Shown in pieces: positions 38,831 to 47,691 of a stretch of 47,691 bases of DNA; within the stretch, counting starts at the first letter, position 1, and each line of letters starts with the position of its first letter. The translations under genes and the position numbers were made by a program. The notes under the pieces were generated by a model. It saw only the letters and a program-made list of their open reading frames with translations. It was not told the origin of the DNA and did no database searches. Origin of the DNA: Ferruginibacter sp. (GTDB taxonomy: Bacteria; Bacteroidota; Bacteroidia; Chitinophagales; Chitinophagaceae); NCBI GenBank assembly GCA_043719495.1, contig JAYSTT010000250.1, positions 1 through 47,691 of the forward strand. Direction: 5' to 3'.

Positions 38831-40180
38831 ATGAAGTCATTTTTTATACCTCTCATTTTCATTTCATGCAATCAATTATTCTCACAAATAATTATTCAAA
38901 AAGATACCGAGATTGCCAATATGGTCAAGGAGGTTTCCCCCGATTCTTTGCAGTTATATATAAAGACACTTTTAGGCTTTGGTACAAGAAATACTTTAAG
39001 CAATCAAACTAATACAGCCAGAGGTATTGGAGCTGCCAGAAACTGGGTACTTTTTAAATTTAATGAAATTGCAAAACAATCGGGTGGTCGTTTAAGTGCT
39101 GTTATTGACACTACTACATTGCAACCGGATGGCAGAAGAGTGGACAGAATAATTTTATTAGGAAATGTTTTGGCAACGCTGAAGGGCAGCAATCCTGCCG
39201 ATAACCGGATATTTATTATTAGCGGTCATTTAGATAATATGCGAAGCAGCCCCACAGATAGTATTGGTGATGCCCCTGGCGCTAATGATGATGGCAGCGG
39301 CACAGCAGCCGTAATTGAATGCGCCAGAGTCATGAGTAAACATTCTTTTCCGGCAACTATAATTTTTGTTGCAGTAAGTGGTGAGGAACAGGGTTTACTC
39401 GGGGCAGCTTTTATGAGTGAAAAAGCTAAAAAAGAAAACTGGAATATTGAAGCCGTTTTAAACAATGATATAATGGGCAGCAATAACAGTAATGAAACAA
39501 ATATTATTGATAATACAAAGATTAGAGTGTTTAGTGAAGGATTGCCCGCTTTTGAAACAGAAAAAAATGCGGTAAATATCAGGAACTTTGGTTTGGAAAA
39601 TGATGGCAAAAGCAGGCAGCTGGCCCGCTATGTAAAAGAAATTGGGGAGCGTTATGTTGATAACCTGCAAGTTGTAATGGTGTACCGTAACGACCGCTTT
39701 TTACGTGGCGGCGATCACACACCTTATGTGCAACGTGGTTTTGCGGCAGTTAGATTTACAGAGATGAACGAGAACTATACCAGGCAACATCAAAATATAC
39801 GTACAGAAAACAATATTAAATATGGCGATATAGAAGAACATATTGATTATGAATATCTCCGGAAAAATACTGCAATGAATCTGGCTAATTTAGCTAATCT
39901 TGCCAAGGCCCCGCCAACACCAGATTCAGTAAAAATGGATGTAAAAAAATTAAGCAACTTAACTTACCTTTTTTGGAATAAACCAAAATATGGCAATGTA
40001 AAAGGTTATTATGTTTTAATAAGAGAAACGACCAGCGCATTTTGGCAAAAAAAAATATTTACAGCCGAAGCATCCGTCAGCCTGCCTTTTAGTAAAGACA
40101 ATTATTTTTTTGCAGTACAGAGCGTAAATGAAAACGGAAACGAAAGTCTACCTGTGGTGCCAGGTATTGCTGGCAGATAA
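38831..40180 (+). CDS. M28 family metallopeptidase, secreted
   Basis: Signal-like N-terminus; SGHLD, PGANDDGSG, GEEQGLLG, NNDIMG, GGDH. Confidence 0.92.
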   Translation: MKSFFIPLIFISCNQLFSQIIIQKDTEIANMVKEVSPDSLQLYIKTLLGFGTRNTLSNQTNTARGIGAARNWVLFKFNEIAKQSGGRLSAVIDTTTLQPDGRRVDRIILLGNVLATLKGSNPADNRIFIISGHLDNMRSSPTDSIGDAPGANDDGSGTAAVIECARVMSKHSFPATIIFVAVSGEEQGLLGAAFMSEKAKKENWNIEAVLNNDIMGSNNSNETNIIDNTKIRVFSEGLPAFETEKNAVNIRNFGLENDGKSRQLARYVKEIGERYVDNLQVVMVYRNDRFLRGGDHTPYVQRGFAAVRFTEMNENYTRQHQNIRTENNIKYGDIEEHIDYEYLRKNTAMNLANLANLAKAPPTPDSVKMDVKKLSNLTYLFWNKPKYGNVKGYYVLIRETTSAFWQKKIFTAEASVSLPFSKDNYFFAVQSVNENGNESLPVVPGIAGR

Positions 40181-40186
40181 GTAGCT

Positions 40187-40223
40187 AAAAAAATTAGGAC
40201 CCCCCCGAAAAAAGGGCCCTAAT
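40187..40223 (-). terminator. Probable intrinsic terminator between convergent genes
   Basis: ATTAGGACCC...GGGCCCTAAT imperfect stem followed by a T-run on the minus strand. Confidence 0.55.
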
Positions 40224-40240
40224 AATCAAAACTGTGACGA

Positions 40241-40690
40241 CTATTTTTTAGTTTTTTTATCAATATTTATTTCGCCGGTGCCGGTACATTTAAGTTTTAA
40301 ATTTTTCTTGTCGTTTTCAACTGTCACATAATAACTGGTTTGCCCTTCATAAGTTATTTCGGTTACTGTATTTCCAACAGAAAATCCTTGATATTTATTG
40401 GCAATTGCAAGAGAAATACTTAAGGGCAACTGATTCGTTTCCAGTATTCTGGATACCCCTAATAATTCGCCGTTTTCGTTGTAAGCGGCACTTACCTCTT
40501 TTGAGTTTAAATCAAAATAGGCAAAATAATAATCATCTTGTTTTTCCCATTTAACATTTAATGCACCGGAAAAATTTCTTTCAAATTCTGTTTTTACTTT
40601 TACTGAAATTTTTTCGGGGCCTGCGCTGGCGAAAGCGCTTAATGCAAACAACATGGCTACTGCTGCAAAAACTGTTCTTAACTTTTTCAT
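40241..40690 (-). CDS. Secreted protein, PepSY/DUF2874 (BLIP-like) repeat type
   Basis: Sec signal (MKKL...LSAFA); F...F.GA..V.W...Y.A.F and GELL, QLP..I pattern. Confidence 0.7.
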   Translation of the reverse strand: MKKLRTVFAAVAMLFALSAFASAGPEKISVKVKTEFERNFSGALNVKWEKQDDYYFAYFDLNSKEVSAAYNENGELLGVSRILETNQLPLSISLAIANKYQGFSVGNTVTEITYEGQTSYYVTVENDKKNLKLKCTGTGEINIDKKTKK

Positions 40691-41004
40691 AACTATACTT
40701 TTTGGGGTTTAAAATAACTGCCTCATGACTGGCAGCGGTTAATGATAAAACAAAAGTAATTACAGTGGTTACCTTTTAAAAGTATTACTTTACCAATAAC
40801 ACCTAATTTTGTTAAAGCCGGTATCAACGGTAATTAATCATTGCCATGATAATTTCATTTTCCTTCTGAAATTCTTTACGGTAAAGGCTTTGCTGTTTTT
40901 TCTTAATAAAATACTAAATCTTGTTTTTGTTATGTTAAAAAGTAAATACGGTCTTTAATAAACAGCTTAGCGTTTAAAAGTTATCTAAATATTAAAGCAT
41001 TCAA

Positions 41005-41601
41005 ATGAATTATCTGGCGCATGCCCACCTTTCTTTTAACCAACCGCCTGTTTTAGTTGGCAACATGATTAATGATTTTGTAAAGGGTAAAAAGCAATTT
41101 GATTATCCTGATGCAATACGAAAAGGTATATTACTGCACAGGGCAATTGATAATTTTACTGATACGCATGAATCAACTCAACAGATAAAATTATTTTTTA
41201 AGCCCCAATACCGTTTATATGCCGGTGCTTTTACAGATGTGGTGTATGACCATTTTCTAGCAAACGATGTTACCGAGTTTGCAACAGATGAGGATTTAAA
41301 ACATTTTACTGCATCTGTATATAAAACCCTTAAAACAAATTTGCTGCTATTACCCCAAGCATTTCAGGCAATTCTGCCCAATATGATAAAGCATAACTGG
41401 CTATATAATTATAAAAGTAAATGGGGCATAGCAAAGAGTTTTGAAGGCCTTGTAAAACGTAGCCGCTACCTTACAGAAAGTTTTATTGCTTATGAACTAT
41501 TAAATCAACATTACGAAGCTATGAATTCCTGTTACAAGGCTTTTTACCCTGATTTAAAGAAATTTGCCGCAGATCAATTGCAGCAATTATTAAATGGCTG
41601 A
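41005..41601 (+). CDS. acpH: Acyl carrier protein phosphodiesterase (AcpH/DUF479)
   Basis: MNYLAHAHLS, DFVKG, GI.LHRAID.FTD.H, DVVYDHFLA. Confidence 0.88.
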   Translation: MNYLAHAHLSFNQPPVLVGNMINDFVKGKKQFDYPDAIRKGILLHRAIDNFTDTHESTQQIKLFFKPQYRLYAGAFTDVVYDHFLANDVTEFATDEDLKHFTASVYKTLKTNLLLLPQAFQAILPNMIKHNWLYNYKSKWGIAKSFEGLVKRSRYLTESFIAYELLNQHYEAMNSCYKAFYPDLKKFAADQLQQLLNG

Positions 41602-41607
41602 TTCATT

Positions 41608-41615
41608 TACCTTTG
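41608..41615 (+). promoter_or_regulatory. Candidate -7 element TACCTTTG
   Basis: Matches TAnnTTTG 14 nt before the ATG at 41630; no well-spaced -33 element. Confidence 0.35.
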
Positions 41616-41629
41616 GAAAAAATATTTGT

Positions 41630-42193
41630 ATGGTTAAGCTTTTGTTGTTTCTGTTAGTATTTTGTTTTTCAGCGGATGTTTTAAATGCCCAAACAAAATT
41701 ACCTCCGGTAGATAAATCACCCATGGATATGAGTTATTATCCAAATGGTTACCCGGTATCAAAAATTCAGGATAAGCCAACTGACCCATTAGTGGCAAGG
41801 GTAATTTACAGCCGTCCGCAGAAAAATGGCCGGGTTATTTTTGGAGATTTGCTGGAGTATGGCAAAGTATGGCGCCTTGGAGCCAATGAAGCAACTGAGA
41901 TAGAATTTTATACACCCGTAAAAATTAATAACACAAAAATTAAAAAAGGCAGATATACTATGTACTGTATCCCATATGCAGATAAATGGACTATTATTTT
42001 TAATAAAGAAAATGATACCTGGGGTTCATTTAAATATGATACAAAAAAGGATATAGCAAAAATGGATATACCGGTACAAAAACAAACTGAAATTACCGAA
42101 TACTTTGCAATGGTTTTTGAAAAAGCTGCTACCGGTGCCAACTTAGTTATTGCCTGGGATGATGTGAAAGTAAGTTTACCTATTGTTTTTTAA
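41630..42193 (+). CDS. DUF2911 domain protein (likely start MVKLLL at 41630 rather than 41594)
   Basis: Signal peptide from 41630; DKSPMD, YSRPQKNGRVIFG, VWRLGANEATEI, WTIIFN, IAWD. Confidence 0.85.
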   Translation: MVKLLLFLLVFCFSADVLNAQTKLPPVDKSPMDMSYYPNGYPVSKIQDKPTDPLVARVIYSRPQKNGRVIFGDLLEYGKVWRLGANEATEIEFYTPVKINNTKIKKGRYTMYCIPYADKWTIIFNKENDTWGSFKYDTKKDIAKMDIPVQKQTEITEYFAMVFEKAATGANLVIAWDDVKVSLPIVF

Positions 42194-42201
42194 TTTATCC
42201 A

Positions 42202-42840
42202 ATGCAAAAAAATAAGTTTACATACCATCTTATATTATCAATTTACCTTACCTGCTATTTTATTTCATGCAATGTACCTAATGATACTAATTCAAAAATT
42301 AAAAAGTCGGTAATTGAAATAACAAATCCTTATGCTCCGGTTGATAAATCGCCAATGGATATAAGCTATTACCCTGTAAATTATCCTCTGCTAAAAATGA
42401 ATGGGGGCGATACCACTAACTTAACCGCACGTTTAATTTATAGCCGACCGCAAAAAAATGGCAGAATTATTTTTGGTAATGCTCCTCCTCCAAAATATGT
42501 GCAACAGGTTGGGGCATTTTGGAGGTTGGGTGCTAATGAAGCCAGTGAAATTGAATTTTTTAAACCGGTCATCATCAAAGGGCAAAAAATTTTAAAAGGA
42601 CGGTATATTATTTACTGTATTCCTTTTGAAAATAAATGGATAATCATATTTAACAGTAATCTTTTCTCCTGGGGATTACACCCCGACCCATCAAAAGACA
42701 TAGCAAAAATAGAAATCCCTTTATCTAAAACAGATCAAAGCGTTGAGTTTTTTAGTATGGTATTTGAACAAACTGAATATGGTGCAAATTTAATTATAGC
42801 CTGGGATAATATAAAAGCCAGCCTACCTATTTCGTTTTAA
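42202..42840 (+). CDS. DUF2911 domain protein, probable lipoprotein paralog
   Basis: FISC lipobox-like; DKSPMD, YSRPQKNGRIIFG, WRLGANEASEI, IAWD. Confidence 0.85.
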   Translation: MQKNKFTYHLILSIYLTCYFISCNVPNDTNSKIKKSVIEITNPYAPVDKSPMDISYYPVNYPLLKMNGGDTTNLTARLIYSRPQKNGRIIFGNAPPPKYVQQVGAFWRLGANEASEIEFFKPVIIKGQKILKGRYIIYCIPFENKWIIIFNSNLFSWGLHPDPSKDIAKIEIPLSKTDQSVEFFSMVFEQTEYGANLIIAWDNIKASLPISF

Positions 42841-42904
42841 TAATAAATTAAAGACTTATATTTAGTCGGCACCGTCCACCAATTTTTTTATTGATATTTA
42901 CAGT

Positions 42905-44758
42905 ATGTGCGGAATTGCAGGAATAATATCTACTTCTTCAGAAACAATACCAGAAATTCATTTAAAAAAAATGACAGCCGCAATTGCACACCGTGGACCG
43001 GATGGTGAGGGAATATGGCATAATAAAAACAACAGTGTGTGTTTGGGTCATCGCCGGCTTTCTATTATTGATTTAAGTGAAGCTGCGGCTCAACCTATGC
43101 ATTACTTAGGTAACTATACCATTGTACATAATGGTGAAATTTATAATTATATTGAACTAAAAGAATTTCTTCAGGAAAAAGGATATGCCTTTAGCTCCAA
43201 ATCTGATACAGAAGTAATTGTAGCAGCTTACGATTTTTGGAAAGAAGATTGCCTTACCCATTTTGAAGGCATGTTTGCATTTGCAATTTGGGATGAAAGG
43301 GAGCAACAGCTTTTTGCAGCAAGAGATCGTTTTGGCGAAAAACCATTTTATTATTATGAAGATGAAAATTACCTGGTTTTTGCAAGTGAAATGAAAGCCT
43401 TATGGGCAGCCGGGATAAAAAAAGAGGTCGATGAAAAGATGTTGCTTAATTATCTTTCACTGGGCCATGTTCAAAATTCTGCCGATAAAGAGCAAACTTT
43501 TTTTAATGATATTTACTCATTACCCCCTTCCCACTTCTTTCTGTACAAACCTTTGGTAAAAAAAATTGCAGTAAAAAAATATTGGCGTATTGATAAAGAA
43601 ATCAAGATTAATATTTCTATAGATGATGCTGTTGAAAAATTTAACCTGCTGTTTGCTGCTTCTGTAAAAAGAAGATTAAGAAGTGACGTGGCCTTAGGCA
43701 CAAGTTTAAGCGGTGGACTCGACAGTTCTTCAATTCTATTTACCCTGCAGGAATTAAAAATTAAGAGTGATGAGCTAAAAACATTCTCTGCGGTTTTCCC
43801 TGGTTTTGAAAAAGATGAATCTGCTTACATCAACCTGCTTACTAATAAATATGGCATTAATAATTTCAAATCACAGCCCACTGCAGATGCCCTAATTGAT
43901 GATTTTGAAACACTTTGTTATCACCAGGAAGAACCTTTTCAATCCAGCAGCATTTATGCACAGTTTAAAGTATTTGAATTAGCCAAACAGCACAATATAA
44001 AAGTTTTACTGGATGGTCAGGGTGCCGACGAAATATTGGCTGGTTATCATAAATATATTCATTGGTATTTACAAGAAGTGCTGAGCCGTCATAAATTAGG
44101 AGCCGCACAAAAAGAAATAAAAGCCCTTCGTAATAATCATTTCCCCTTTAGCTGGGGCTTAAAAAATTACTTTGCGGCATTTCTTCCAATGCATGCTGCT
44201 ATGCAATTAGAAAAACAAGAATACCTTAAAACAATGCATCAGCCCGATATTAATCCGGGATTTTTAAAATCGCAACGGGGAAGGGAGTGGGAAGGAATAC
44301 ATAAACCTGCTGTTACAAAGCTTAATGATATTTTGCACTTTAATACAACCGAGTTAGGTTTAGAAGAATTATTACGATACGCAGACAGAAACAGTATGGC
44401 ACATGGAAGAGAAGTGCGGTTACCATTTTTAGATCATAAACTGGTTGAATTTATTTTCTCCCTGCCGTCTAACTTAAAAATACATGACGGATGGACAAAA
44501 TGGCTATTGCGAAAAGCAATGGATAAAAAACTGCCTGATGAAATTGTTTGGCGAAAAGATAAAGTTGGATACGAGCCACCGCAAAAGTTATGGATGGAAA
44601 ACAAAATTTTGCAGGATTATATACATGAAGCAAAAAAGAAATTAGTAACAGCAAATATTTTACGGAAAAATGTTTTAGATAAACATATAACGCCTAAAAC
44701 AGCCCATGCAGATAATAATTATGACTGGAGATATTTGTGTGCTGCTCAAATAATTTAA
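42905..44758 (+). CDS. asnB: Asparagine synthase (glutamine-hydrolysing) family
   Basis: MCGIAG, HRGPDG, HRRLSIID, NGEIYN, LSGGLDSS, GQGADE, DRNSMAHG.EVRLPFLD. Confidence 0.92.
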   Translation: MCGIAGIISTSSETIPEIHLKKMTAAIAHRGPDGEGIWHNKNNSVCLGHRRLSIIDLSEAAAQPMHYLGNYTIVHNGEIYNYIELKEFLQEKGYAFSSKSDTEVIVAAYDFWKEDCLTHFEGMFAFAIWDEREQQLFAARDRFGEKPFYYYEDENYLVFASEMKALWAAGIKKEVDEKMLLNYLSLGHVQNSADKEQTFFNDIYSLPPSHFFLYKPLVKKIAVKKYWRIDKEIKINISIDDAVEKFNLLFAASVKRRLRSDVALGTSLSGGLDSSSILFTLQELKIKSDELKTFSAVFPGFEKDESAYINLLTNKYGINNFKSQPTADALIDDFETLCYHQEEPFQSSSIYAQFKVFELAKQHNIKVLLDGQGADEILAGYHKYIHWYLQEVLSRHKLGAAQKEIKALRNNHFPFSWGLKNYFAAFLPMHAAMQLEKQEYLKTMHQPDINPGFLKSQRGREWEGIHKPAVTKLNDILHFNTTELGLEELLRYADRNSMAHGREVRLPFLDHKLVEFIFSLPSNLKIHDGWTKWLLRKAMDKKLPDEIVWRKDKVGYEPPQKLWMENKILQDYIHEAKKKLVTANILRKNVLDKHITPKTAHADNNYDWRYLCAAQII

Positions 44759-44781
44759 TCATCTTTGCATACTAAAATATT

Positions 44782-45924
44782 ATGATGAAGTTAGCTACAA
44801 AATTAATACACGCCGGCGCAACACCCGACCCAAGTACTGGAGCTATTATGACGCCCATTTATCAAACCTCTACTTATGTACAGGAAGCACCGGGAGTAAA
44901 TAAAGGGTATGAATATGCCCGTAGCCAAAACCCTACCCGTAAAGCTTTGGAAGATGCTTATGCCATTATTGAAAATGGAAAATATGGTTTGGCGTTCAGC
45001 AGTGGTGTTGCAGCCACTGATAGTGTAATAAAATTATTAAATCCCGGTGATGAAGTAATTGCAGCCAACGATATGTACGGTGGCAGTTACCGGTTGTTCA
45101 CCAAAGTGTGGGAACGTTATAATATAAAATTTATTTATGTTGACACTACCAATACAGCAAATGTAAAAGCTGCAGTAACGGCCAATACAAAATTAATCTG
45201 GATTGAAACACCTACTAACCCTTTAATGAACATTACGGATATTGAAGCTACTGCTGCTATTGCAAAACAAGCGGGTGCATGGCTTTGTGTAGATAATACT
45301 TTTGCTTCTCCGTATTTACAAAACCCATTGAATTTAGGTGCAGATATTGTAATGCACAGTGCTACAAAATATTTAGGTGGCCATAGTGATGTAATACAAG
45401 GTTGCTTAATGATGAATGATGATGCGTTAAGGGAAAAATTATATTTTATACAAAAGAGTTGTGGTGCAGTACCAGGTCCCCAGGATTGTTTTTTAGTTTT
45501 GAGAGGAATAAAAACTTTAGGTGTACGTATGAAAGCGCATTGCGATAATGGAGTTAAGATTGCCCATTGGTTACGTAATCACCCTAAAGTTGCAAAAGTA
45601 TACTGGCCGGGCTTTGAAGACAGTGGCGGTTATGCCATCGCAAAAAAACAAATGCATGGTTTTGGTGGTATGATCAGTTTTGAATTGAAAGATGCTAACA
45701 AAACAGAAGTAAAAAGAGTTTTGTCCTCCGCACATTTATTTTCACTGGCCGAAAGCCTGGGTGGTGTAGAAAGTTTAATTAACCATCCGGCCAGTATGAC
45801 GCATGCCAGCATACCCCATGAAGAAAGAATTAAAAACGGCTTAAGCGAAGGATTAATCAGGCTTAGTGTGGGTATTGAAGATGCCGATGATTTAATAGAG
45901 GATTTAAATATGGCCATTGGATAA
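44782..45924 (+). CDS. Cystathionine gamma-synthase/lyase (Cys/Met PLP enzyme)
   Basis: PIYQTSTY, YARSQNPTR, ETPTNP, VDNTFASP, HSATKYLGGHSD, AESLGGVESL. Confidence 0.93.
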   Translation: MMKLATKLIHAGATPDPSTGAIMTPIYQTSTYVQEAPGVNKGYEYARSQNPTRKALEDAYAIIENGKYGLAFSSGVAATDSVIKLLNPGDEVIAANDMYGGSYRLFTKVWERYNIKFIYVDTTNTANVKAAVTANTKLIWIETPTNPLMNITDIEATAAIAKQAGAWLCVDNTFASPYLQNPLNLGADIVMHSATKYLGGHSDVIQGCLMMNDDALREKLYFIQKSCGAVPGPQDCFLVLRGIKTLGVRMKAHCDNGVKIAHWLRNHPKVAKVYWPGFEDSGGYAIAKKQMHGFGGMISFELKDANKTEVKRVLSSAHLFSLAESLGGVESLINHPASMTHASIPHEERIKNGLSEGLIRLSVGIEDADDLIEDLNMAIG

Positions 45925-45930
45925 TTAAAT

Positions 45931-46704
45931 ATGATTGATAAGAATTTAAAAGAATTTCTCGATAGTAAGGTTGATTTTTATAATCAACCTTCTTTCATTA
46001 AAAATGATCCTGTATGTATTCCGCATCTGTTTAATAAAAAACAGGATATCGAAATTGCAGGCTTTTTTACCGCAATTTTTGCCTGGGGTAACCGTACTAC
46101 TATTATTAATAAAAGCAAGGAGCTGATACAGTTAATGGATTATGTACCCCATCAATTTGTCCTGCAACATCAAAAGAAAGACCTTAAAAAACTGGAAGTA
46201 TTTAAACACAGAACATTTAATGCCACTGACCTGCTTTACTTTTTGGAATTTTTAAAATTTCATTACACTCAAGATGATTCTTTGGAGACTGCTTTTACAA
46301 AAGGTATGTACAAAAAAGATAAAACCATTGAAAATGGGTTAATAGCATTTTACAACTACTTTTTTTCCCTTCAGCATATCCCCGAAAGAACAAAAAAACA
46401 TATAGCATCACCTCAAAAAAAATCATCCTGTAAAAGGCTGAATATGTTTTTACGCTGGATGGTACGCACTGATAATAATGGCGTGGATTTTGGGATATGG
46501 AAGAATATTTCTCCATCTCAGCTGGTTATACCCATTGACGTACACGTTGCAAGAGTCGCAAAAAAAATTAACCTTTTACAAAATAATAAAACAGACTGGC
46601 GGGCAGCTTTGGAATTAACCGCCTTTTTACGAACTTTAGATGCCACTGATCCTGTAAAATATGATTTTGCCTTATTTGGAACCGGAGTAATGGAAAAATA
46701 TTAA
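45931..46704 (+). CDS. TIGR02757 / DUF2400 family protein
   Basis: DPV.IPH, AWGNR, CKRLNMFLRWMVR, D.G.W, P.DVHV, DPVKYDFALFG. Confidence 0.9.
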   Translation: MIDKNLKEFLDSKVDFYNQPSFIKNDPVCIPHLFNKKQDIEIAGFFTAIFAWGNRTTIINKSKELIQLMDYVPHQFVLQHQKKDLKKLEVFKHRTFNATDLLYFLEFLKFHYTQDDSLETAFTKGMYKKDKTIENGLIAFYNYFFSLQHIPERTKKHIASPQKKSSCKRLNMFLRWMVRTDNNGVDFGIWKNISPSQLVIPIDVHVARVAKKINLLQNNKTDWRAALELTAFLRTLDATDPVKYDFALFGTGVMEKY

Positions 46705-46714
46705 TTTATCTGCC

Positions 46715-47044
46715 ATGTTGCCACTTAACGTTGATTTGATAGCTGATTTAAATAATTCACTGTCTTTGCAGTTACCCAATAAAATTTCTTACGAAGAAAT
46801 ACACAGCCAATTATCCATACAGATTAATCAGCTTATAAAAAATAATTTTGAGGCATTGGTGGCGCTACTTTATAAAATTGATGTAAATGAGGAGAAACTT
46901 AAGCATTTTTTAATTGATAATCCCAATGAAGATGCCGGGAATGTTATTGCTTCGCTTATAATAGAAAGGCAGCAACAAAAATTAAATTTAAAAACTAAAT
47001 TTAAAAAAAATAATACTGCCGGCGATAATGAAGAAAAATGGTAG
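46715..47044 (+). CDS. Conserved hypothetical protein
   Basis: 109-aa ORF in operon context; INQLI..NFE.L..LLYKIDVNE.KL...IIERQ.QK pattern. Confidence 0.7.
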   Translation: MLPLNVDLIADLNNSLSLQLPNKISYEEIHSQLSIQINQLIKNNFEALVALLYKIDVNEEKLKHFLIDNPNEDAGNVIASLIIERQQQKLNLKTKFKKNNTAGDNEEKW

Positions 47045-47069
47045 TTTAAATTTACCTTATTCCAAATAT

Positions 47070-47382
47070 ATGTTTCAAATATCAGAAGTTGCCGGCAAAG
47101 CAGATGAAAGTTGGTTTATCCGGTTTCCACATATTTTATGCAAACCCGACCCCTCATTTATAGCCACACTGCAAACAGAAATAAAAAAAATATTCAACCC
47201 AAAGGCTAATTCTTTTTTTCTGTATGGCATTGTACAAGATGGATATTATTTGTTAATAATAAAATGCTGGGGCGCATTGCAGCATTTATCAATTTAGAAA
47301 AGGCCCATACAACCAGCATTCCAACCGGCGGTATAGTTTTTTTGAATGTATCAATAACCCCGAAGCTGCCAATACTTTATTA
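47070..47382 (+). pseudogene. Frameshifted 5' fragment of a conserved GNAT-like (YghO-like) protein gene
   Basis: MFQISEV...FP...DP...FNPKANSFF.YG / frameshift near 47237 / RWILF...GRIAAFIN...PTGG / frameshift at T7 47337-47343 / FFECINNPEAANTL, then similarity ends. Confidence 0.7.
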
Positions 47383-47644
47383 GGTATATACGTTTAGACC
47401 GCACCAATTATTATCCGGCATCTCCGATTCTCTTTGGATTACTTTTTACCATTTTTTCAATTAGTTTGTGAAAAATTGTATCCATGTTGTTTCTTCGGTT
47501 ATATTTATAATGATATTCATCTAAATATCCTTGTAACCGGTCTTTGCTACAATGATGATGTATTCCTCTGAGCCATCCTTTCAAATTCATCATATGAATA
47601 TGTAAGTCTGGAAAATTCTTGCCTTCATCTGAAGGTATCTGTTT
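47383..47644 (-). mobile_element. IS1595-family transposase remnant (C-terminus at 47411-47644) with possible terminal repeat near 47383-47403
   Basis: KQIPSDEGKNFPDLHIHMMNLKGWLRGIHHHCSKDRLQGYLDEY..KYNRR is the IS1595 C-terminal signature. An in-frame TGA lies immediately upstream at 47645-47647. Confidence 0.8.
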
Positions 47645-47691
47645 TCATTAGCGTTGCGTTTAGATTATAAATAGTTCTTTGAAAATATTGT

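Noticed and set aside
41005-41601. AcpH as a dedicated partner of the CPS carrier protein
   Set aside because: It is 40 kb away on the opposite strand within a housekeeping gene run; there is no evidence of linkage.
47028-47297. 89-aa ORF as an intact gene
   Set aside because: It is the first frame of a frameshifted pseudogene; homology continues in other frames.

Overview
AT-rich Bacteroidota DNA; the gene content suggests Chitinophagaceae, but that is an inference. Bases 1-38526 form one co-directional minus-strand Wzx/Wzy capsular/exopolysaccharide locus that runs off the left edge. In transcription order it reads: wza, wzc, upxY, fcl, gmd, wzx, methyltransferase, wzy, GT/acetyltransferase block, AsnB-type amidotransferase, CapK-like ligase, bi-domain oxidoreductase, deacetylase-like protein, formyltransferase, alpha/alpha-toroid protein, WecG/TagA, wecB and wcaJ. 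Two add-on modules follow. The first is an Arn-like lipid-carrier glycosylation cassette (SDR, FAD oxidoreductase, deacetylase, second wecB, methyltransferase, GT2, GT-C). The second is a DltA-like adenylation enzyme and carrier protein with two paralogous GNAT-like genes, preceded by a decayed SGNH-type gene. Bases 38831-47044 carry ordinary housekeeping genes (M28 peptidase, secreted protein, AcpH, two DUF2911 genes, asnB, cystathionine lyase/synthase, TIGR02757). The window ends in a frameshifted pseudogene and an IS1595-family remnant. No rRNA, tRNA or CRISPR array was seen. The best candidates for undescribed biology are the polysaccharide-tailoring modules. All family calls come from motif recognition by eye; no database searches were run.
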